Source: Acidobacteriota bacterium (GTDB lineage Bacteria; Acidobacteriota; Thermoanaerobaculia; Gp7-AA8; JAHWKK01). Taken from it: 64,000 nt of DNA. The notes below the pieces were generated by a model. That model was not told where the DNA came from. It searched no databases and worked only from the letters and a program-made list of their open reading frames with translations. The stretch's first letter is position 1, and the number at the start of each line of letters is the position of its first letter. The position numbers were made by a program, and so were the translations under genes. Shown here piece after piece: positions 57,304 to 64,000 of the stretch. The DNA lies in NCBI GenBank assembly GCA_019347945.1, contig JAHWKK010000001.1, forward strand, positions 67,299 to 131,298, written 5' to 3'.

Positions 57304-57715
57304 CTCTCAGTGTATCGTCCAGCTCGGCGACGAGCCGGATCTCGAGTCGGGCAAGCTCTGCGAAAACGAGCTGGGCGATGCGATCGCCCCGCCGAATCGT
57401 GAAATCCGAATCGCCGTGGTTGATGAGTATCACCTTGATCTCTCCGCGGTAATCGGAGTCGATTGTACCGGGAGCGTTGAGAACGGTAACCCCGTGGCTC
57501 ACAGCGAGACCGCTCCTGGGACGAACCTGACCTTCGAACCCGGCGGGTAGCGCGATCGCTATTCCTGTGGGAACGAGCGCCCGGGCGCCCGATGAAAGTA
57601 CGAGCGGTTCGTCAATCGCCGCCCGAAGGTCGTAACCTGAGGCGAGCTCGGATCCTTTCGCCGGATGCGGGAGGTCATTCGCGAAACTCCTCACCGAAAC
57701 GGTCGCTGCGGTCAT
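57269..57715 (-). CDS. dut: dUTP diphosphatase
   Basis: [47 protein letters not shown]. Confidence 0.97.
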   Translation of the reverse strand: MTAATVSVRSFANDLPHPAKGSELASGYDLRAAIDEPLVLSSGARALVPTGIAIALPAGFEGQVRPRSGLAVSHGVTVLNAPGTIDSDYRGEIKVILINHGDSDFTIRRGDRIAQLVFAELARLEIRLVAELDDTLRGDGGFGSTGTD

Positions 57716-60700
57716 GGTGTGTCTCTCCCGGTGATCGGCATGAAGACGGGATCGCCGCTCAGGTTGTCGACCACGGATGCCCACCCGACCACCGAACCGT
57801 CTCCCGAAACCTTGGTCAGAACCACGTAACCTCCCGGAGTCGTCCTGCAACCCATCGAAGGGAGTGAGACCTGTCTCTGCTCGCGGGGAGCCAGGCCGAA
57901 CCGGGCGGTGCAGAGCATCGCCCCTCTCTCTCCGAAGACGGTGACGTCGAACACCGCGAATCCGTCACCGATCTCGACGAGCCCCACGTTCGTCCGGAAA
58001 TGGTCGCTCTGTTCCACGCCGATCGCCACGCCCGACTGGCCGAGCTCGGTGATCCCATCCCCGGTTGCGACGCTTGCGACATTCTGTCCGAAGCTGCCGT
58101 TTCCACGGTCATTCCACGTTCTGCTCGAGACGATTGCGCTTCCGGGTGTGATCTCGAGGTGGCCGCCGCCGGACGCCCCGAACCAGCTTTCCACCACGTC
58201 CATGACGAACGCCGACGAGTACGGACCGAGAGTCCCCTCCACCCTTCCGGATACGGCCCCCGAGACTCCCCGATACCGAATCGACAGCTCGAGCGGCTCG
58301 TCGAGAGGATTCGAAAGATAGAGATCGCTTCGCCACTTGGAGCCGCCGGCCCCGTCGAGATGTGCCACGACCGGAATGATCTTCGAGTCCGTCGCCTCCG
58401 CTCGCGCTGCGGGGAGGTAGATCGGATCGCCCGTCCGGTTGTCGATGATCGAAGCGTACGCGGCCAGACTTCCCTCCCCGGACTCGTATCGAAGCCGCGC
58501 CATTCCTGCTTCGTATTCGTTTGCCAGCCCGCGGGTCGACACCTGACGATGCTCCCATGGACGAAATGACAGCGACATCGTTCCGAGCAGGTCGCCATCG
58601 GCTCCGACGACCTCGAGCGTCATCGTCACTGGCTGCCCCGACGTTTCAGTGAAGCCGACGTTGGACCGGAACTCGAGCGTCTCGCGCAGACCCGGGATGA
58701 ACAGAACGGGATCGGCGCTGCCGAGGGTCGGTGCCCGATAGGTCGGGATCGATTGGCCGAACGTTCCGAGGGGCGAATCGTTGTAGGTTCGACTGGTCGC
58801 CGTGAGCACGTTCTGCGGACCCCGAATGTCGAGAGAACAGGCTCCCTCGAATCCGAAAATCGTCTTTGCCACGTCGCGAAGAGTGAGCGTCTGAGCCGGC
58901 TCGATGAACAGGCGTGTGATCATCGCAGATTCATCCCCGTTCGTGCCGGCCGGGGTGAGGATGAGGAAGATGTGCTGAGGAGAGTTGGTGAGATTCCTCA
59001 GCGTCAGATCGGTGATCCAATGAGTCGAGTTCGCGCCCGGACTGTGACCCGCGGCGGGAATCAGCGCGATTCGCGGACCGCTTTCCCGCCTCGAGACGGG
59101 GGCCTGGCCCTGGTGGGTAGCGAATGCGAGATTCCATCCGTGAAGGATGCCCGTCTGGGAGCTCTCCGAGTGAATCAGCAGGGTCCACTCCCCCTGAAGC
59201 TCGTGTCCGTCGAGCGAACCGAGTGGCTCCGAGGAGGGAATGTCGAGTCCGAACGTCCGGACCAGCGATGAACCGGAGAGCGATCCTCTTCTCGCCAGCA
59301 GAACCCGGGTGTCGTCGGGCGCAATGATGGAGATTTCCAGATCCCTGAGGTCCGGATGATCCAGCCGGATGGAAACTCTCGTGTCCCGAACGCTTCCCCG
59401 AAGCGGCACCCAGTGGGTGGACCGAATCGAGCCAGTCCCCGGCATGAGGGTACCTGCGGCAGGAAAAACCGTGTGAGCACCCTTCCATGGCCGGTGGCAG
59501 CGCGAGACCTCGACGCCCCGTGAGAGGAGCGCTCCGCACAGCATGATCCGGGTCGCTCCGTCGTACATCGCATCGTCGGCGTCGATCAATCCGTCTGCGG
59601 CATTCTGGAGGGTCGGCATGAAGGGGATGCCGACCATCCCTTCGAGTACCAGCATGTCGGCCCGACGCTTTCCTTCATTCTCTCCATGAAGGCGGGAGAG
59701 GCCGAGAAAGAGCTCTCGAAGCGTCGAGGACCACAGCCGCCCGTTCTGATGTTCGGTTCCGGCGTGACCGCTGCGGTCGAGCTCGTCGAGGACGACACTC
59801 GCATCCGTTCGGCGCAGGCAGTCGGCGTCTGCCGGATATGAGCAACCCGAGGAGGCTCCGAGTCCGCAGCGTGCGTCCCAGTCGCCGATGCATGCCGGGT
59901 CTCGTCCATTCGATACGCTCTCGGCCAATCCCTCGCTGAATGCCCAGTAATCCGAGAAGCCCTCGGAGATTGCCCGCGCATCCGAGGCGGACGTTCCGAA
60001 GAGAATCGAAGGGGCGATCCCGTCGTGGATCGCATGCCCCAGCTCGTGATAGATGATGTCGGGATCCTCGGCGTCGTCGACACCCCCGTCGCCGAAGACG
60101 AGCACCGGCCCGGTCGTCCGCTTGGTGTAAAACGAATTGTCGCTTCCGTTGCCACCATGAGCGTCGACCGTAATGCTGGTGTTGACGATCTGGTTCGTGC
60201 CGGTATACCCGAGAGATTCGAGATATGCGAGCGAGCGGTCGATGTGCCACACCGCCATCACCTCCTCGAATCGGGGATCGCTTCGATCGAAGATCAGATC
60301 GGGGGAGGCAGGATCGACGCCCAGGGTCGCCGGGGCATCGAGATCGGCGATCGCGACGCGGGAGGTCGCCAGGGACGAGCTCGCTTCGTCAATCTCCAGC
60401 GAATTCTCCTCGTACGCGGCGGCGGGCACGGCCGCCGCGGCATCGTTCTCGTCGCGCAGTTCCGCATTGTTGAGCTTGGTCACCGGATTCGAGCGGAAAA
60501 TGGAAACCTCACGGCTCGAGTGGAACCAGAGAGGGATTCGGAGAACGAGTGAACCGTCGGCGTCGTAATAGTGAAGCGCCTCTTTGAGCGGCGATTCCTC
60601 GATCCGCAGTTCGAGAGCCCGGATCACCCCATCGTCGGTGACCAGGAGCACCTCGCGTGCAGGAGCTACGTTCGCGCCGTGGCCGGAGCGGAGGGCGGAG

Positions 60701-61104
60701 CGGCGTATCGGCGGCGGCGCGGCGAGAGCCTTCCGGAGCTCGTCGATCCTCGCGATCCGGGCGTCGAACCCGGTGACCTCGTCGCCCGAAAGCCGAAGGA
60801 CAGCGCCCGTCCCGACGATCTCGAGTCCATCCGCGATCTGAACGAACCGCCGCGCTTCGGTGAGTCGTCCGCGCTGGCGGCTGGTTTCCTCGAGCTCAGC
60901 CCCCGTCTCCGCACGCAGCATCGCGAGAACGGATTCGGGTGAAGGTGGATTGACCGCTGGGGAGAACCTGCCGTCGACGCGGAGGACGGCAGCTTCGCTG
61001 CGGATGCGAAGCTTCTCCGCAGGATCGCCCATGTCGTCACGGGCGAGCGCGGGGGTCACGGCCAGGGCCAGCGCCGCAAAGAGGAAGTTGAGCCGAACTC
61101 TCAT
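57712..61104 (-). CDS. Secreted M36/M4-like zinc metallopeptidase with P-domain and repeated C-terminal beta domains
   Basis: Signal peptide, [30 protein letters not shown]...GEWTL P-domain, repeated SRTYN/SRTWN..GTFGQ/GSFGQ units. Confidence 0.82.
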   Translation of the reverse strand: MRVRLNFLFAALALAVTPALARDDMGDPAEKLRIRSEAAVLRVDGRFSPAVNPPSPESVLAMLRAETGAELEETSRQRGRLTEARRFVQIADGLEIVGTGAVLRLSGDEVTGFDARIARIDELRKALAAPPPIRRSALRSGHGANVAPAREVLLVTDDGVIRALELRIEESPLKEALHYYDADGSLVLRIPLWFHSSREVSIFRSNPVTKLNNAELRDENDAAAAVPAAAYEENSLEIDEASSSLATSRVAIADLDAPATLGVDPASPDLIFDRSDPRFEEVMAVWHIDRSLAYLESLGYTGTNQIVNTSITVDAHGGNGSDNSFYTKRTTGPVLVFGDGGVDDAEDPDIIYHELGHAIHDGIAPSILFGTSASDARAISEGFSDYWAFSEGLAESVSNGRDPACIGDWDARCGLGASSGCSYPADADCLRRTDASVVLDELDRSGHAGTEHQNGRLWSSTLRELFLGLSRLHGENEGKRRADMLVLEGMVGIPFMPTLQNAADGLIDADDAMYDGATRIMLCGALLSRGVEVSRCHRPWKGAHTVFPAAGTLMPGTGSIRSTHWVPLRGSVRDTRVSIRLDHPDLRDLEISIIAPDDTRVLLARRGSLSGSSLVRTFGLDIPSSEPLGSLDGHELQGEWTLLIHSESSQTGILHGWNLAFATHQGQAPVSRRESGPRIALIPAAGHSPGANSTHWITDLTLRNLTNSPQHIFLILTPAGTNGDESAMITRLFIEPAQTLTLRDVAKTIFGFEGACSLDIRGPQNVLTATSRTYNDSPLGTFGQSIPTYRAPTLGSADPVLFIPGLRETLEFRSNVGFTETSGQPVTMTLEVVGADGDLLGTMSLSFRPWEHRQVSTRGLANEYEAGMARLRYESGEGSLAAYASIIDNRTGDPIYLPAARAEATDSKIIPVVAHLDGAGGSKWRSDLYLSNPLDEPLELSIRYRGVSGAVSGRVEGTLGPYSSAFVMDVVESWFGASGGGHLEITPGSAIVSSRTWNDRGNGSFGQNVASVATGDGITELGQSGVAIGVEQSDHFRTNVGLVEIGDGFAVFDVTVFGERGAMLCTARFGLAPREQRQVSLPSMGCRTTPGGYVVLTKVSGDGSVVGWASVVDNLSGDPVFMPITGRDTP

Positions 61105-61178
61105 AGAGCGCCATTGCTAACGACGGACATGGCGCAATGTTTCCCGGGAAGGGGGCGGTGGCGTGCGAGAATTGGACG

Positions 61179-61784
61179 GTGAACGACTCTTTCGAGACCC
61201 TCGAATCGGAAACCCGTGCTTCGATCAGGGTGAAGCGGTCGGAGTTCATCGGAATCGCGTTTCCCGTGACGAGCGAGGTCGAATTTCGTGGACGGCTCGA
61301 CGATCTCCGGAAGGAGATGCATTCGGCGCGACATCACTGCTGGGCGTTCGAGGTTTCGGAGGATGGGGTCGAGCTCGCGCGCAGCTCGGATGATGGTGAA
61401 CCGGCGGGCAGCGCGGGCCGCCCGATCGCGTCTGCCATCGAGGGATCGGGATTGCGCAACGTTGGCTGTGTCGTTGCGCGGTGGTTCGGCGGAGTGAAGC
61501 TCGGAACGGGCGGGCTCGGTCGCGCGTACCGCGAAGCCGCGGCGGAAGCGCTCGATCTCGGGCCTCGTAAGACGATCATTGCGTACAGTCGGATCCGGGT
61601 CGACGCTCCCTTCGAGATGCTCAATGAGCTGTATCGCATGGTCGATCCGCCCGACGTTGTTCTGGTGCACGAGCAGTTCGGACCGGAAGGGAACCGGTTC
61701 GACCTCGATATCCGGAAGGGGAGGGTCGAGCAGATGACTCGAATGCTCGAGGAGAGAATGCTCCGATGGATGCAAACCGGTTGA
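61179..61784 (+). CDS. yigZ: YigZ/IMPACT family protein
   Basis: VKRSEFI, ARHHCWA, SDDGEPAGSAGRP, RWFGGVKLGTGGL. Confidence 0.92.
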   Translation: MNDSFETLESETRASIRVKRSEFIGIAFPVTSEVEFRGRLDDLRKEMHSARHHCWAFEVSEDGVELARSSDDGEPAGSAGRPIASAIEGSGLRNVGCVVARWFGGVKLGTGGLGRAYREAAAEALDLGPRKTIIAYSRIRVDAPFEMLNELYRMVDPPDVVLVHEQFGPEGNRFDLDIRKGRVEQMTRMLEERMLRWMQTG

Positions 61785-61821
61785 AATGAAACGCGGGCTG
61801 TTTCGAATATAGACTCTCGAA

Positions 61822-63453
61822 ATGAAGCGCTCCCTTCTGATTCTCTCGCTGCTGCTCACGTTCTCGTGCTCGACCACGCCGGCCGTCGTCGCCGCCCCTC
61901 CGTCTTCACCGGAGTTCTCGGCGGATCGGATCGAGGCGGATATCCGCTTTCTGGCCGACGATCTGCTCGAAGGGCGGGATACGGGAAGTCGCGGACACGA
62001 GATTGCGGCGCGATACGTCGCGGCTGAGTTTGCGAAGATGGGGATCGAGCCGGCGGGTGACGATGGATGGTTCCAGCGCGTTCCCTTCGTTCGCGCGACC
62101 GCAACGGATGTCTCGTTCGAGCTGAGAAGTGCCGAAGGTGTGATCACGATGACGCCCGCAGAGGATTTCAGCGTGGTCCCGAGTGCGTCGCGGCCCGAGC
62201 TCAACGTCGCGGGTCCCATCGTGTTCGCGGGCTACGGCGTCATCGAGCCGGATCAGGACTGGAACGACTACGAGGGACTCGACGTCGATGGCGCGATCGT
62301 TCTGGTGATTCGCAACGCCCCTGAATCGTTTCCTTCGACGCTCCGCGCGGTGAATGCGAGCACACTCCGGAAGCTCGAGCTCGCGAGTGAGCGCGGCGCC
62401 GTCGGCATGATCGAGGTCACTGCAAGAACCCGTGACGGAGATTCGTCGACGCGGAGGCCGCGTTCGCTCGGCTGGCCATCGGTCCGGTGGGTCGAGCCCA
62501 CCGGTAGAGTTCACGATGAGGAAGGCCTTCCCGCCCGGATCCGTCTGAGCGACGACGGCGCGGCCAAACTGTTCGAGGCCGCCGGCCGGGATTTCGACGA
62601 TCTCGTCGTTGATGTCGAAGAAGGTAAAGTCGCCGGATATCCGCTCGGCATCTCCGGACAGCTTTCGATCACCAGTGAGATCGAGGGATTCGCGAGCCCC
62701 AACGTGCTCGGGATGGTGCGCGGAACGAAATGGCCGGGCGAATCGCTGATCTACCTCGCGCATCTCGATCACGTCGGCATCCGCGAGTCCGAAGACGACG
62801 AGGACCACATCTACAACGGCGCGTACGACAATGCATCGGGAGTTGCGTCGATGCTCGAGGTCGCAAGGGCATTTGCGGAGAGCGAGGAGCGTCCGGAGCG
62901 TTCGATCGTTTTCGCAGCGGTGACGGGCGAAGAGAAGGGCCTGCTCGGTGCCGATTATCTGGCGATCAACCCGACCGATCCGATCGGTGAGCCGATCGCT
63001 GCGATCTCGATCGACATGTTCCTGATGCTGTATCCGCTGCACGACGTCGTCGGCTTCGGAGCCGAGCACTCGACGCTGGGGACGGCGTTGGATCGCGCCG
63101 CCGAGTCGATGGGGATCGTCACGAGTCCGGACTACGCTCCGGAGCAGACGCTATTCGTCCGAACCGACCACTACCCCTTTGTACGGCAGGGTGTTCCGGG
63201 ACTCTTTCTCGTGCACGGTGTGCAGGATGGAACTCCGGAGACCGGGCGCGAGGCGATGACCGAATGGCTGCGCACCCATTACCATCGTCCTTCCGATGAT
63301 CTGAACCAGGAGATCGACTTCGATGCCGGAGCCCGGTTCGCGGAGCTGAACTACAGGCTCGGACTCGAGATCGCCAACGCCCCCGACCGCCCTCGATGGA
63401 ACGAGGGTGACTGGTTCGGCGAGCATTACGGAACGATGAAGAGTGAAGAGTGA
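61822..63453 (+). CDS. M28 family peptidase lipoprotein with PA domain
   Basis: LEGRDTGS, AHLDHVG, NGAYDNASG, GEEKGLLG, RTDH, YHRPSD. Confidence 0.92.
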   Translation: MKRSLLILSLLLTFSCSTTPAVVAAPPSSPEFSADRIEADIRFLADDLLEGRDTGSRGHEIAARYVAAEFAKMGIEPAGDDGWFQRVPFVRATATDVSFELRSAEGVITMTPAEDFSVVPSASRPELNVAGPIVFAGYGVIEPDQDWNDYEGLDVDGAIVLVIRNAPESFPSTLRAVNASTLRKLELASERGAVGMIEVTARTRDGDSSTRRPRSLGWPSVRWVEPTGRVHDEEGLPARIRLSDDGAAKLFEAAGRDFDDLVVDVEEGKVAGYPLGISGQLSITSEIEGFASPNVLGMVRGTKWPGESLIYLAHLDHVGIRESEDDEDHIYNGAYDNASGVASMLEVARAFAESEERPERSIVFAAVTGEEKGLLGADYLAINPTDPIGEPIAAISIDMFLMLYPLHDVVGFGAEHSTLGTALDRAAESMGIVTSPDYAPEQTLFVRTDHYPFVRQGVPGLFLVHGVQDGTPETGREAMTEWLRTHYHRPSDDLNQEIDFDAGARFAELNYRLGLEIANAPDRPRWNEGDWFGEHYGTMKSEE

Positions 63454-63476
63454 AGAGTGAAGAGTGAAGAAGTGAA
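63437..63476 (+). repeat. Heptamer tandem repeat (TGAAGAG)n spanning the M28 stop codon
   Basis: Four perfect copies at 63437-63464 plus degenerate TGAAGAAG and TGAA. Confidence 0.85.
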
Positions 63477-63629
63477 CTTGGCGACTTAACCTGAGTCCGT
63501 CGTTGCTCGGATCGAACACGGCCAGGCGCGCCGGGAGGGCGAAGCTCCTGCTGAGCCGCATCGCCGCATCTCACCAGAAAGCCACCTGAAACCGCCCCGT
63601 TCTTGCCCTCCCAATGCACACATTGACGA

Positions 63630-64000
63630 TCAGTGAGTTGAGTTGCCAGGTTCAGAGCCGACCCCGGCGCTCCCGAGGTGAGCCTTCGCCGCGGCTCGCG
63701 TGAAATGGAGCCTCCGGGAAGCCTCCCAGATCACGATGGCGAAGACGAGCCAGGTCACGCCCGCTGCGAGACCGGCGGCTACATCCGTCAACCAGTGAAC
63801 CCCGAGATAGATGCGCGATGACGAGATCGCGAGGATGGAAGAGATTCCTGCGGCGAGGCTGAACGTTTTCGCAGCCCGGGAGTGCGACAGTCTCAGAATG
63901 GCCCAGACGATCGAACCGATGACGATCATCGATCCCATCGTGTGGCCGGATGGAAATGAATAACCTGGAGCGTCACTGAGGGCAACCGCGAGATCCGGCC
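63630..64000 (-). CDS. PAP2 family phosphatase, C-terminal part (start outside the window)
   Basis: GYSFPSGHTMGS and SSRIYLGVHWLTDV motifs. Confidence 0.9.
   Translation of the reverse strand, partial: PDLAVALSDAPGYSFPSGHTMGSMIVIGSIVWAILRLSHSRAAKTFSLAAGISSILAISSSRIYLGVHWLTDVAAGLAAGVTWLVFAIVIWEASRRLHFTRAAAKAHLGSAGVGSEPGNSTH

Noticed and set aside
63437..63476. CRISPR array
   Set aside because: Short tandem repeat without spacers; no cas genes in the window

Overview
High-GC (roughly 63-65% by eye) bacterial chromosomal segment. The gene repertoire (VWA/Ig, DUF4388/TPR, TolB-type Ser/Thr kinase, M36/P-domain protease, lipid A genes) suggests a diderm, probably Acidobacteriota; this is inference. 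About 50 genes: an LPS/Kdo cluster (waaA-lpxK-lpxL-yfhO and Kdo kinase-GT9), hflX, nrdR-lon-M3 peptidase-bcp-antiporter, kup, dut, guaD, several secreted peptidases, a YtrA-regulated ABC system, a vapBC-type TA pair, and a small restriction-modification island with a dead nuclease. Signals not visible in the ORF track: (1) two genes read through an in-frame UGA at a catalytic-Cys position, each followed by a SECIS-like hairpin (a CxU rhodanese and a TxxU peroxiredoxin), i.e. probable selenoproteins; (2) an HTH-fused DNA methyltransferase whose promoter spacer is a perfect palindrome made of two GACGTC sites, beside a triply inactivated endonuclease; (3) about nine genes with a -10 box 6-8 nt before the start codon (probably leaderless); (4) kup apparently starting at CTG; (5) uncharacterised modules: DUF1844 / TPR-Zn-finger / DUF4388-MshEN-pseudopilin, kinase / ATPase / double-arrestin-fold, and dut / unknown / exonuclease / guaD. 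No rRNA, tRNA, CRISPR array or intact transposase was recognised. All family calls are from motif reading, not database searches.
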